Source: Eledone cirrhosa | Lineage: Eukaryota | Direction of reading: 5' to 3' | Assembly (NCBI GenBank): GCA_964016885.1 | Contig: OZ024742.1 | Coordinates: 215,078,001-215,142,000, forward strand | DNA: 64,000 nt | Shown here: piece by piece, positions 11,356 to 24,762 of the stretch | Position numbering within the stretch: position 1 is the first letter of the stretch | Layout: each line of letters opens with the position of its first letter | The notes under the pieces: model-generated | The model's database searches: none | Seen by the model: the letters and a program-made list of their open reading frames with translations, nothing else | What the model was told of the DNA's origin: nothing | Translations under genes and position numbers: made by a program

Positions 11356-13099
11356 CTCGCCGAATTAGCCGCGCCCTGCTCCGTTTCACACATTTTTTTT
11401 TTTTTTTTGTGAGAAAATGATGATTGGTTTTAAATCAGTGATATAATTTATGGAGAAAAACTCTGCATTTCAATATTACTCAATGTAAAATGTAATGCAT
11501 GAACAATTGGAAAACATTATTTTATCTTATTCTTTTTTTGTTTCTTGTAAATAATTTTTTTTCAAAATATCAATTCAAAACTTTTGTGAATAGGCATCAT
11601 ATCTTGTCATTTACCTATGGTTTAAATTTCATATAAATCGAAGGGAAACAATTTTCAGCGGGGGTTTTGTGCCCCGGAGAACCCTTTGATTAAAATGAAA
11701 TATACTTATCCATGAACCCTGGGCAATGTAGTTTCAGAATATATATGGTTATGGGGGTCCGACTGGAATACAACTTTATATATAGACATATATATATTTG
11801 TTTCTACTTTGGGCACAAGGCCAGCAATTAATCACTGCATTACTGGTACTTTATTTTATCGACCCCGTAAGGATGAAAGGCAAAGTCAACCTCGGCGGGA
11901 TTTGAACTCAGATCGTAAAGGGACGTAACTATGCTGGAAAGCATGGCGTCCGACCCTCTACCGATACTGCCAATCCATATAGACATATATATAATGTTGA
12001 ACAATAGATTCTAGATTTGTTGGCTGGCGTTTCAGCCTGGCAGGGATGAAGAAAATGAATTCTTTCATCTACGCACATATTTTACTTTCCACATAGCTGA
12101 TGAGATTTGTCTGTATTTCTAACTCTCCTTTCTAATCGGGGAATCCTGTATATTGTTGGGGTAATTTACTGCTAAGGAGCCACGCGATTACAGTTGTAGT
12201 TATATCTCTGTAGCTGTAGCAGTAGCACCAGCCGTTAAGCAAATTTATTACAATACCTATCGGCTGATGAATCCCATCGGCTCATCTTGTTTGTGAAATT
12301 GATGTAAAGTTGCATAGTATTTAGCCAGGCGCATATTGCGTGAATCTAGAAGCATTTCTCCTAAGATAAGGTATTTTGGAACGCGGGCCGCCAAAAGACC
12401 TAATCGTGAAAAAACTGCATGCGTGGACAATATGTAAAGAAAATAAACTGAATACTCTGATGACTGGATAATCTTTAAGATTTTCCTCCATGAAGCTGGA
12501 AAAATGCAGGTTTTCACCTAATGCGGGCTCTTGGGGATCAAGAAAATGAATTTTTTATGTGAATAATATGCCTTGAAATTTCGGGAAAATTGGCTAGACG
12601 TAACGCCTCAAAAAAGCCCTAAAAAGCTGAAAAAATAAAGTTTTTCACCTAATGCAGGCTCTAGGGGATCAACATGTTGAACGTTTTTATGTGTATAATA
12701 CTAACTGAAACATATGTAATACACATGTAAAATTTGAAAAAAGTCGGTTGGGTACTTCTCGAGTTTTAGGGATTCAAACTCACACAGACACACTGACATC
12801 CTCAGGAAAGTGAGGTAATGCAGACAGTCAGACATACAGACAGGTATTATAAGGGCACGATGTTATATGTATGTATCTATCTAAAAAGAGAAAGACTAAG
12901 AATTATATAGAGTGATCGCTAAATCGCCTAATGCAGTCCCTAGGGCATTTGAAATTGTTTATCTCAGAGCACTCCCTGAAACATGAGTATTACATGTGTA
13001 AAGTTTGAAAACAGTCGGTTGTGTGGTTCTCGAGTTTTAGGGATTCAAACTCATACACACACACACACAGACAGACATCCTCATTTTTATATATATAGA
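11356..13099 (-). mobile_element. Non-autonomous Helitron (~1.75 kb) carrying a SINE
   Basis: Minus strand 5' A|TCTATATATATAAAAATGAGGATGTCTGTCTGTG; 3' GC-rich stretch then ...aattcggCGAG|T. Internal degenerate direct repeats (12490-12700; 12720-12800 vs 12990-13080). Confidence 0.7.
11797..11976 (-). mobile_element. tRNA-derived SINE (subfamily A) with TSD
   Basis: Near-identical to 13280 and 29918 copies. TSD atatagacatatatat. Confidence 0.92.
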
Positions 13100-13279
13100 T
13101 TTCGCATTTCTCCAATATGCTTGATGATGCAGTTAGAAATCTTATATACTATATTATGGTATATCCTGAAACAAAAACAAGGTTATATACAGGTTGTTCG
13201 CAAATACTGGTGGGATGGAATATGCCCTTAATATCATTAAATCTGCCAGCCCCAGTTCACTAAAAAGTACGTACAACAT

Positions 13280-13462
13280 AATTGTTTCTACTTTAGGCAC
13301 AAGGCCAGCAATTACCCAGTGCATTACTGGTACTTTATTTTATCGACCCCGTAAGGATGAAAGGCAAAGTCAACCTCGGCGGGATTTGAACTCAGATCGT
13401 AAAGGGACGTAACTATGCTGGAAAGCATGGCGTCCGACCCTCTACCGATACTGCCAATCCAC
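13280..13462 (-). mobile_element. tRNA-derived SINE (subfamily A)
   Basis: Full A-box/B-box head and tail. Short TSD acataat. Confidence 0.92.
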
Positions 13463-13657
13463 ACATAATATCAATTGATAATATGTAAATCTTGCAGTTA
13501 AATATTAAGAAACATTTTGTGTTGTTAATCGATATAAACGTTAGTTCCCAGTTTACGGAAGAGAATTTTCTAAGACATTACATTTTATATTTTGATCAAT
13601 AAACCACTAGAAAATTAATACGATTCTAAGTATATTATTATGCTTATATTATTCAAT

Positions 13658-13845
13658 GGTGGTGGATTGGCAGTATCGGTGGAGGGTCGGACATCATGCT
13701 TTAACGAATAAAGTTACGGCCCTTGCCATTCTGAGTTCAAATCTCGCCGAGGTTAATTTTGCCTTTCATCCTTACGGGGTCGATAATATAAAGTACCAGT
13801 AATGCACTGGGATAATTGCTGGCCTTGTTTCAAAAGTAGAAACAA
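13658..13845 (+). mobile_element. tRNA-derived SINE (subfamily B) with TSD
   Basis: 20 bp direct repeat attattatgcttatattatt at 13634 and 13845. Confidence 0.92.
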
Positions 13846-13928
13846 TTATTATGCTTATATTATTAACTACATTAAAATTCTATTTTGCTTATCAATAAAT
13901 CTATACTGAAAGGGAAATATCTTTCATT

Positions 13929-14118
13929 CGGTGAATTGGCAGTGTCGGCAGAGGGTCGGACTCCATACTTTGACGCATAGAGTTGCGGCCCTTGCTATTC
14001 TAAGTTCAAATCCCGCCGAGGTTAACTTTGCCTTTCATCCTTACGGGGTCGATAAAATAAAGTACCAGTAATGCACTGGGTAATTGCTGGCCTTCTGCCA
14101 ATAGTAGAAACAATTATT
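13929..14118 (+). mobile_element. tRNA-derived SINE (subfamily B)
   Basis: cggtgaattggcagtgtcggcagagggtcggac...gtagaaacaattatt. Confidence 0.9.
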
Positions 14119-14761
14119 TACTGACCTTAATTGTAAGTAGAAATGGAACATATGGATGAATTTAGTCTCTTGGTGTATTCGTCGTATGATTATGTCATTT
14201 CCTTCGGCATTGATTTGGTCGATTATGCTGTTGATGATAAATATTTTTGCAAACTATTACAATGTTAGTTGAATATATTTTGTCGATATATGTCTGTGTG
14301 TCAATAAATATACATACATACACACAAATATTTATATGTGGAAGTTTCACGCTGCCAATAAATATACAAACACCAGTTGAGTTTCACCAAGGTAGGTAAC
14401 TAATCTATACATATTCCAGCCCAAATTACGCGATCTATGCAACGACTATTCTTACCCTACTGCATCCCCTATACATTGTGATTTAATTGTATTTGTTCAT
14501 TCTTGTTTTCCTATAACATTTTTGATAATTAAAAATGACGGGGAATGAATTAGTTACCTAACTAATAATAAACCTGAAGCGAAACTCAGCAGAAAAATGT
14601 GTTTTTATTAGCAGCAAGATCCTGCCAAGTATTATATATATTTCAACACATGTTTTCATATCAAATTCCTTAGAGCTTGAATCCAGAAGTAAACTGTATA
14701 CATAGTTACCAAGACTACCTAATGGTTTGTCTTGTTTACTCTCATTATTTCCGTTTTTTGA

Positions 14762-14946
14762 CGGTGAATTGGCAGTATCGGTAGAGGGCCGGACGCCATG
14801 CTTTGACGCATAGAGTTACGGCCCTTGCCATTCTGAGTTCAAATTCCGCCAAGGTGAACTTTGCCTTTCATCCTTACGGGATCGATAAAATAAAGTACCA
14901 GTAATGCACTGAGTAATTGCTGGCCTTGTGCCAAATGTAGAAACAA
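14762..14946 (+). mobile_element. tRNA-derived SINE (subfamily B) with TSD
   Basis: TSD attatttccgtttttt at 14744 and 14946. Confidence 0.92.
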
Positions 14947-15128
14947 TTATTTCCGTTTTTTTTTTTACGAAAACCCCGAAGACAATCAAGAATTTTCGAC
15001 AAATCATATAAAATACTGACAAGGATTACGATGCCGATATATAGACATACACACACACACACACACCCACTTACACACATGCACTTACACACACACACAC
15101 ACACACCCACTTACACACATGCACTTAC

Positions 15129-15159
<31 letters not shown>

Positions 15160-15246
15160 TACACACACACAGACACATATATATATATTTTTCAAGTAAG
15201 TATGTTTTGAAACAGTGAGCAGGTTTTAAATTAGAAAATAGAATAG

Positions 15247-15748
15247 CTTTCACCGTATTTTTGACTAAAGGAATTTTAGCCTGATAATGGGGTTTAGAAC
15301 CCTCAGATAAATGGAAAAAGATGAGTATTGACGTACATGTTTGACTAAAGGAATTTTAGCCTGATAATGGGGTTTAGAACCCTCAGATAAATGGAAAAAG
15401 ATGAGTATTGACGTACATTTTTGACTAAAGGAATTTTAGCCTGATAATGGGGTTTAGAACCCTCAGATAAATGGAAAAAGATGAGTATTGACGTACATGT
15501 TTGACTAAAGGAATTTTAGCCTGATAATGGGGTTTAGAACCCTCAGATAAATGGAAAAAGATGAGTATTGACTACATTTTTGACTAAATGAATTTTAGCC
15601 TGATAATGGGGTTTAGAACCCTCAGATAAATGGAAAAAGATGAGTATTGACGCACATGTACGTCAATACTCATCTTTTTCCATTTATCTGAGGGTTCTAA
15701 ACCCCAATATCAGGCTAAAATTCCTTTAGTCATAAATACGGTGAAAGA
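15247..15748. repeat. Five tandem 80 bp units followed by one inverted unit
   Basis: Units start at 15261, 15341, 15421, 15501 and 15580. Symmetry centre acatgt about 15654-15659. Outer ctttcaccgtattt / aaatacggtgaaag. Confidence 0.95.
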
Positions 15749-15765
15749 TATATATATATATATAT

Positions 15766-16097
15766 CAAAGTTGACCTCGGCGGGATTTGAACCCAGAGCG
15801 CGCAATGAGGTGGGACGAATGCCGTAAAGCAGGTATGTCAAACATGCGGTCCGTGGGCAACTAGCGGCCGTTTACAAACACATCTGTGGCCCGCACAATG
15901 TTTTAACGGCACGAGCATATTTTATCTTCATAACATAAAATAAAAAGTGTTAGTTGTAATGTGCGCAATTAGTTGTCGTGTGCGGCCCTCAAACAACACA
16001 TATGTGAGCCATGTGGCCTTCGGGGTACCCTCAGTTTCACATGCCTGCCGTAAAGCATTCTTTCCGACGTTTTAACGACTCTGCCAATTCGACGCCT
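15766..16097 (-). mobile_element. Related SINE head interrupted by hAT MITE
   Basis: caaagttgacctcggcgggatttgaacccagag...[MITE]...cgacgttttaacgactctgccaattcgacgcc. Confidence 0.75.
15830..16047. mobile_element. hAT-superfamily MITE (218 bp)
   Basis: TIRs caggtatgtcaaac / gtttcacatgcctg. Perfect 8 bp TSD ccgtaaag at 15822 and 16048. Confidence 0.88.
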
Positions 16098-16204
16098 ATA
16101 TGTATATATGTGTGTGTGTATATGTGTGCGTGTGTATGTGTGTGTGTGTGTGTATGCGTGTACGTACATATATACATATGTATGTATATATATATATATA
16201 TATA

Positions 16205-16301
16205 TACTGAGTGGCCCAAAAAGATGTATACACAATCCAATAGCATAATAATAAATATTGCCTCTACAGGTAATCAAAGCCTGTATACATGCTTTTGGAC
16301 A

Positions 16302-16306
<5 letters not shown>
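16205..16306. mobile_element. Tc1/mariner-like MITE remnant in (TA)n
   Basis: Imperfect TIRs gtggcccaaaaagatgtataca / tgtatacatgcttttggacacc. Confidence 0.5.
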
Positions 16307-16361
<55 letters not shown>

Positions 16362-16988
16362 GGTGTGTGGTCGGAATAACTGGAAAACATCTGCAGAAAT
16401 TACTGTTATACGAATAACATGTTAGTATATATATTTTTTAATCTAACCTTCAATATTTTTTGTGTGTTTTCTCCATTTATATAGGCAGTGTAATATTTCC
16501 TTTTTTAGTACGGACAGCTGTGGGTTTTTTCATAATTATTGGATCTGCGTTTTTCTTCTCCTTAATCGATAAGAAATTTCTGTTTGTAAATGTAATGCTT
16601 GATCACAATATACTGTTGAGAATAGTAATGTGGGTAATGATCATATCTCCCGGAAATATATGTTATTGCACTATATATATATATACTTTATATGTTTCAT
16701 ACTCTTTATATATTCGTTTACAATAAACCTATGCATGTGTATATCCTAAATTCTAAATTCAGCCGTGCGATTTCTTATTTTTTATCCTCCTCTAACAATA
16801 CAACCACAGTCCCAAACAAAAGAAAATATGTCTATCGTAAGGTTAAAGTTTAATATTAAGAAAATGCTCACCCATATTACTCCTGCTACAATAATAATCT
16901 ATAGCTTATCCAAAATCATACACATATACATACAAGCACATAGTCGAAAACACCTGTATCGCTATCACTCTGTCTGCCTGTCTCTCTC

Positions 16989-17192
<204 letters not shown>

Positions 17193-18649
17193 TACACTCA
17201 CTAACACATATACACTTGAATCTCATACTGAGTCACACGTATATATGTGTATATCTACCTTTATACCTGTTGAAAGTAATGTCCATAAGATAAATCCCTT
17301 AGTTATCTTCCCTTCAACAAATATATATTTTATATTGCTCTTGCAGCTTTCAGTGAGTCATTTCGTAAAATAAATATCATTTATATATTGTGTATGCAGT
17401 TGCTTGAAAAAATGTCTGACAAACAATCATTTCTCTTATGTATGATTGAAAGACAATGAAATGTAAAGATGCGCTATGATGTTTCGTGCCTAAGACCCAT
17501 GTTGTATTAGAGCTGTTTATATGTAAAGCACTTTTTCTTCTTCTTGACACTTTCACTACAACATTTCTTGGCAATTTACAAAGCTCGAGTAAGCTCTCTA
17601 ATGCAATAATAATCTTAACTTATTCATATAGACATACTAGACTACATCTGACAACGCTACCCAAACATTGTGTAGGAAATTGTTAATGTACTAATGACCC
17701 TATTTTCCCCCAGCCCATTTAGAGTGGAAATCTTTCATCATTCAATACAGGCTTAATTTCGTTCCACTATCACTAAATGTCCCGTGACACATTCGACTCT
17801 TTTCTGCTCATCCCTACCGTGCCCAAGATACAAATATAGTATGAAACAATTCACAAGTTCTTCCTCTATGGCGAGTTAGGTACTGCGAATTTCCTCACTG
17901 CCCATGTTTCACTCAGTTGTTCTAATGGAATATCAATTGCGTCAGTCTCTGTGATATCGATTGCCCTCCTGAAGATCCTGTACAAAATACCTAGCCCAGA
18001 ACCGACCCATTAAAATGAACACATATGTCAATGTAATCCAGGATACCTACAAATTATTGCAGAAAGATTTTTCGAAGAAAATATATGTTTCTAATGCTTG
18101 TAGGCAATCTTGAAATAAACTTAAAAATCGATATTTTCTAAACTTCGTCTTACCACATTAGATAAAATTAAATTCATATTGTGTAAGTAAATTTCTAAAA
18201 TTTGCAGAGTAAAGAATTTTTAACTATTCCAACAATAATAATCTCGTTTCTCCAGAGACAGAAACCTCTACTCGGCAATTCTATCTTTCGACACCCAATA
18301 TTTCCACGGTTATGCAAAATAACTATTAATCATGTTTAACCTATTTTAACGCTCGACACCTTTTCTTATATCACACCAGGGAGAAATTAAATTTGATAAG
18401 CGAGGTACATTTTCTGGTTACCTAATTAAATTAAAAGTAAATAGATGCTCATTCTGTTTTTATATATATTGATCTACAGACATTTTCTGAATGAATAATG
18501 TTGTTAAAATATCTATTAAGTTGATCATAAAGTATAAATAAATACATATAGAGACACACACATTGAAAGCACACACACAAACTCATATATATTTATATAA
18601 ATAGATACATACATACATCCACAAAATCAGATATTATTATACGTATGTA

Positions 18650-18721
<72 letters not shown>

Positions 18722-18931
18722 AGTGTGTGTATGTGTGTGTATGCTTAACCTTAAGATATACTAATATAGAACAAGGCAGAAAATAAAAATACTAATGCAT
18801 ATAAATGATAGTAACATGACACATGAACAGTCTCTAAAGAGGTGTTCCATTCAAGCTGTCAAATTCAGTCTCCTACTGACTCAAATAGCTAACAGAATTA
18901 TAAAATTTGCTAGTCGCTTCAATGTCCCTAT

Positions 18932-18995
<64 letters not shown>

Positions 18996-19350
18996 AGTAC
19001 AGCATTAACGAAGCTTTAGAACACGGCCAAGCTAACGAATGCAGAATCGGTCTGTAGCACCCGGATGGGGAAAAGAACCCCAGAGTAATAACAATACGTA
19101 GTACCTTTTACATGACGATAGTTCAATGAACTACGTACATTGGTTTATTTAAATCTCTATATATATAAAACGGTAGATGTATGCCTGTGTGTGTGTATGA
19201 TTTTTATGCATTTCCACATTTCTCTACCGATTTTGATGATTTGTTTTCCAATGTGCTCCAAATTTACCAGGGCAGGTCACCCCGAAATTACTTTTGCTAA
19301 AAATGTCCTGCTTCTATGAAAAAAAAATCGATAAAACCTAATACATGCTG

Positions 19351-19550
19351 TAACCCTCTCTCTTATACGCTTCATACCTCTCACTGCCCTCAATCTCCTC
19401 CGCAACTCTCGTTAAAAGGTTACTGCCTCCGTCTCTGAAGGAACGCGACACAAACTTTAATTGATAACCCTCTCTCTTACACGCTTCATTCCTCTCACTA
19501 CCCTCAATCTCCTCTGCAACTCTCTTTAAAAGGTTACTGCCTCCGTCTCC
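19351..19550 (+). repeat. Two ~85 bp direct repeats (period 114) in Helitron 5' region
   Basis: taaccctctctctta...aaaaggttactgcctccgtctc at 19351 and 19465. Confidence 0.85.
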
Positions 19551-20197
19551 ATTACAGTTTAGAACATCGACAAATCTTCTCTCTCTATAATAGATCATTC
19601 ACCCTCTTCGTTCGTCATACATCAAATATAAAAATATAAAAAGCCGATAACACTAAATACATACTGCTCTCAACGTTACATTTTACATCAAATAACAAAT
19701 ATTCAAAAGCAACAGATGAATTTATAAATCAACAAACGTAACAATAACAACGCTTAAGCGTTCATTTACTTGAATTTCAACAAAGACATTATATTTTATT
19801 GTTGTCCTTTTTGTAATTTTTCTTTCTTTGTTTTTCTCAATATGAGATTGAAAATTAATGAGAAAACTTTTTTAACGAACGTCCGATTTCGATGATTTAT
19901 TTTCCAGTGTGCTCCAAAATAACGCCCCTGTTTACGCTCTTTTGTGCTATAACTCAGACAGGCTTGGCTTACAGGTTGACCTATTATTTGACGTGCATTC
20001 TTCATAGATCTTACTTAGTATTCATTTTCCACTTATTCACCGTTCAATTGAAAGTTTTGGTTACTCCCCTTTCATGCTCCATTACCTGCATAAATATTTA
20101 CGTGTTCGGTCCTGCTACAATATAGTACTCACTTTAAACTAATTCAAAGTTCATTTGAACATTTTCGCTACCAAACACATTCTTTGAATCTACGGTC

Positions 20198-23100
20198 ATG
20201 CCACCCCAAAAAAGACCACGACTTAGTCGCCAAACTAAAGCTGCTTCTGCTGCCAAACGAAGAAGAGCTACAGAGTTGTAAAAAAATTGACTCGGTTGTC
20301 ACAAAATATAACTCAAAATGCAATTACCCGGGAAACCGAGACAGAAAAAAAGAGGAGCATCCGCTTTCCGGAAATGCATTTGTAACTGCATTTGCACGTG
20401 CAGCGCAAACTGATGAATAACATTCTCGACGGCGAAGCAAAAATGCGGCCTCCACCGCTGCGGCACGTGACGGTGAGGGGAAGAACACCGTTACAGTTGA
20501 CGACGATGAGATGCCGCCTCAACTGCTGCGTCACGTGCTGCCGAGGAAGAAGGGCAGCGTTCCAGACGTCAACGTACGGACGCCGCTTCAGCAGCTTCCG
20601 TTCGCGCATCCGAGACTGCGCAAATTCAATTACAAAGGCTAAACGCCAACGCACTCCGCAGGAGTGCTAAACGAGGTACATAGAGGATCAGTTGCACTCA
20701 GTGGTCTCATAAAGCTTTCCACTATGACCCAACAATAAACTATGCACTGATGCCAACAGTTCAGATTGGATCCATGTCTGTCATTTGCCAATATTGTCGG
20801 GAAAACAAATGGCCTGGGGAGACTTCAGGGATGTGCTGCTCTGACGGCAAAGTGAAACTGCCTCCTCTTCAGGAACCACCACAACCTTTGAAGTCTCTAC
20901 TGACCGGTGCCACAGCGGAGTTGGAACACTTCCTTAGATGTTCCAGGAGATACAACGCTGCCTTCCAAATGATCTCTTTCGGAGCTAACATCATACGCGT
21001 GGACGGCTTCATGCCTATCTTTAAAGTTCAAGGACAAATTTACCACAGAATCGGTTCGCAACTGCCCACGACAGAAGGACAGCCCCAGTTCCTACAGCTA
21101 TACTTTGTCACTGACTATTTGGACCAAGCGGAACGACACGCTTCAATTTCGCCTGGCAGAGACATGAACATTCTGTTGCAACTCCAGAGAATGCTGCACG
21201 AAAACAACTACATTCGCAGTTCTAAATGCGCATTGGAGGCTGCTCCGTTGCCAAATTTTGGTGTTATAATCGACGCTGACAGGAAACCACCAGGCACCCA
21301 CGCCAGACTTTTTAACACTCCCATGTGCAATGAAATAGCTGTGATTCTTCATGGAGAACAGTACAACAAGCGGGTCATCATACTTCAGTGTAGGGACAAT
21401 AGTCTGCAACGGATCAGCGAGACGCATAGGTCCTACGACGCATTCCAACATCCCCTACTTTTCCCATTCGGTGACGACGGATACCACTTTGGAATTCCTT
21501 TGTGCAACAGCACCAAAACTGTTTCCTCTATGCAATTCTACACCTACCGATTCATGATCCGCGAATGGTGCTTTAACCAACTCCACCGTGCAAGAGTACT
21601 CTTCAACCAGCTTGCTGTAGACGCGTGCGCAAAGATGGAATCTGAAAGGCTGTGCTACATAAGGAATAATCAAGCACGCCTTCGTTCGGACAGCTACATT
21701 CACTTACGGGATGGAGTAAGGAATGACGCCTATCCCGAGAACATAGGAAAACTAAGTAACCTTCCGTCGACCTTCATTGGGAGTCCCCGATACATGAGTG
21801 AACGCACACAGGATGCTATGACGTACGTCTCTACGCCAGACCGGATCTCTTCATCACTTCAACATGCAACCCTAATTGGAATGAAATTACCGCGGAATTA
21901 TTCCCCGGACGAAGGGCGTCAGACAGACACGATCTTACGGCACGAGTCTTTCACTTGAAGTTGAACTCCTAAAATCAGGTAAGGCCTTTGGACCTGTTAG
22001 GCGCTACGTATACACTGTTGAGTGTCAAAAGAAAGGCCTGCCACACGCTTACCTACTCATTTGGCCGATAACGAAAATCAACGCAAGCAGCATTGACAGC
22101 ATCATTTCAGCAGAAATACCCGACCCAAAATTGGACAGAGAACTCCACAACACCGTCACAGCTCACATGGTTCATGGGCCATGCGAAAACGGTTTCAACA
22201 TGAATATTCCATGCATTAAAGAAAGAAGGTGCACCAAGAGGTATCCTAGGCCATTCCTCCGAGAAACTCAGACAGGTGGCGACGGTTATCCATTATACCG
22301 CCGCAGGGAGCCAGCGGACGGAGGAATTGTTGCGAAAACACCACATCACAACGTCGACAACCGGTGAATTGTACCCTACTGCCCACTTCTGCTTAAATTG
22401 TTTAACGCCCACATTAACGTTGAATACTGCCACTCCGTCAAATCGATAAAGTACGTCTGCAAGTATATCAATAAGGGGTCCGATGCTGCGTTCTTTGGTC
22501 TTACAATGGAGAACAACCGAGACGAAGTAACTCGATACCAGGTCGGCCAATACATCAGCAGCAATGAAGCTTTCTGGCGATTCTTCCACTTTGCAATACA
22601 CCATAATTAACCCCCCAATCAAACAGTTGGCGGTGCACCTTGAAAACGGTCAAAGAGTCTACTTCACCGCCTCCACCGCTGCTGAGATAGCAGAGGAACC
22701 CAAGGAAACCACACTTACGGCATTTTTCAAGTTATACCGAAACGATCCCTTCGCCAAGACCATCTTCTACTCTCAGGTGCCATCATACTACACATGGAAC
22801 CCAGACAACAGAATTTGGTTAAGAAGGGTGAAAGGACAACCCGTCGAGGGACATCCAGACATTAAAATGTCCCCTACCCTTGGGAGAGTGTACGCCATTC
22901 ATCCTAACCAACAGGAACGCTTTTATCTCCGCCTTCTACTGCATGACGTGGTAGGACCGACATCTTTCGACGATCTGAAAACAATCAACGGAAAGCTTTG
23001 TACTTCATTCCGTGCAGCCCGCCTTAGACGGGGTCTACTGGAAGATGGCGCTCAGTGGGATGTGACATTGCTGGAGGCAGCTACAATACTTCGGCAACTC

Positions 23101-24762
23101 TTTGAGGTGCTACTGCAGACATGCGAGTTAAGCGACCCTGCATCCTTATGGGACAAATACAAAGAGGACCTTTCCGATGACAACATACACCAAGGACAAC
23201 TGTTACTCCCTCATTCCGGCATACGACTCAGCGACGAATTCTTCAACAAAGCTCTCATTGACAACGAGGACAAAATCCTAACTGCCGACGGAAATGACCT
23301 TCCATTCTATGGACTGCCAAAAGTTCAGCGAACGGGCTCCGACAAACTTCCGCCGGGCATAAATCAGGAAACTGCCTACGACGTCCACGCCCTCGAACTG
23401 TTCATCAACGAAAACGAGCCGAAATTGTTGAAGGACCAACGGCAGGCGTATTACACAGTGTGCACTTCCATTCGTCAACCCAGAGGAGGTATCTTCTTTT
23501 TGGACGCCTCAGAAGGAACTGGTAAAATATTCGTCAATAAACTCCTCCTCGCCAAAGTGCGACAGCAGAAAGGAATCGCCCTGGCTGTGGCTTCTTCTGG
23601 CATTGCCGCAAATCTGCTGCCCGGAGGTAGGACAGCTCATTCCGCATTTAAACTGCCATTCAACACGATTTCAGACGACACAATAACCTGCAACATCACC
23701 AAAGACTCTGACAAAGCTGAAGTCTTGAAAAGATGCCACCTAATTGTGTGGGACGAATGCAAAATGGCCCATAAAGGGTCCCTTGAAGCGTTAGACAGGA
23801 CCCTACGAGACATCAGTGAATGCACCGACCGATGGCGATTTTCGACAAACTCTTCCAGTTGTTCAAAAAGCCACCAGGGCCGACACTGTGGGGGCTTGCA
23901 TTAAGTCATATCCCCTGTGGCAGTTAGTGACAATCCTGACCGTCACAACAAACATGAGAGCCAAACTGCTCGGCGACCACTCAGCAGCCGACTCCTCAAA
24001 GGACCTCTTAACAGTTGGTGACGGCACTGCACCTTCAGATGCAGCTGGAGGAATGGCAGTCTCGCAAGTAGGCACCGTTGTCGACACTGTTGACGATCTC
24101 AAAGCCTCTGTCTTTCCCGATATGGCGACCAACTACAAAAACACGCGTTGGCTATGCGATAGAGCCATATTGGCTCCCCAAAATGTCTCAGTTGCAAAAA
24201 TCAATGAGGACCTTCTGCAACGCATTCCTGGAAACCTCCGTACCTACAAATCTGTGGACAAAGTGGTGGACAAAGATGAGGTTGACGATATTCCAACAGA
24301 ATTCCTCAATTCCTTGGACCTCTCTGGACTGCCACCTCATGAACTGCGCGTCAAAGTTGGGACTCCAGTCATGCTGTTGAGGAACCTGGAACCACCACGT
24401 CTCTGCAACGGAACACGGTTAGTGGTTGGAAACCTCCTGCCGCATGTAATTGAAGCCACAATTCTCACGGGCTGCGGCGCTGGAGAAAACGTCTTTATAC
24501 CCAGAATACCATTAACTCCAACAGGTACAGAATGTCCCTGTACTCTGCGCCGACTTCAATTTCCCGTTAAACTTTGCTTCGCGCTGTCAATCAACAAGTC
24601 CCAAGGCAAAACGCTATCAACGGCAGGCCTCCGTTTAGGCCAGCCGTGCTTCTCACACGGCCAATTACACGTCGCATGCTCAAGATTGGGATGCAAGCAG
24701 AACTTATTCATACTTGCGCCAAAGGCAGAACAAAAAATGTGGTCTACATAGAGGTGATGTGA
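20198..24762 (+). pseudogene. Helitron RepHel (HUH endonuclease + PIF1-like helicase), frameshifted
   Basis: ORF pieces 20750-21958 (C..C...KWPGETSGMCCSDGKV; FKVQGQIYHRIGS; LPSTFIGSPRYM), about 22020 VECQKKGLPHAYLL (HUH motif 2, decayed), 22398-22610 KYVCKYINKG, 22564-23904 (DASEGTGKIF Walker A, GRTAHSAFKLP, IVWDEC), 23816-24751 (GDFRQTLPVV, LCNGTRL, RLQFPVKLCFALSINKSQG, FSHGQL). Likely start MPPQKRPRL at 20198. Confidence 0.93.

Noticed and set aside
13658-13750. A-box/B-box sequences as tRNA genes
   Set aside because: No cloverleaf. They are heads of a TSD-flanked SINE family.
15261-15660. 80 bp tandem array as a CRISPR array or hammerhead satellite
   Set aside because: There are no unique spacers, so it is not CRISPR. 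The hammerhead reading needs two core deviations (A8 unpaired with C3, GAUA) and poor stems I and III, so it is not called.
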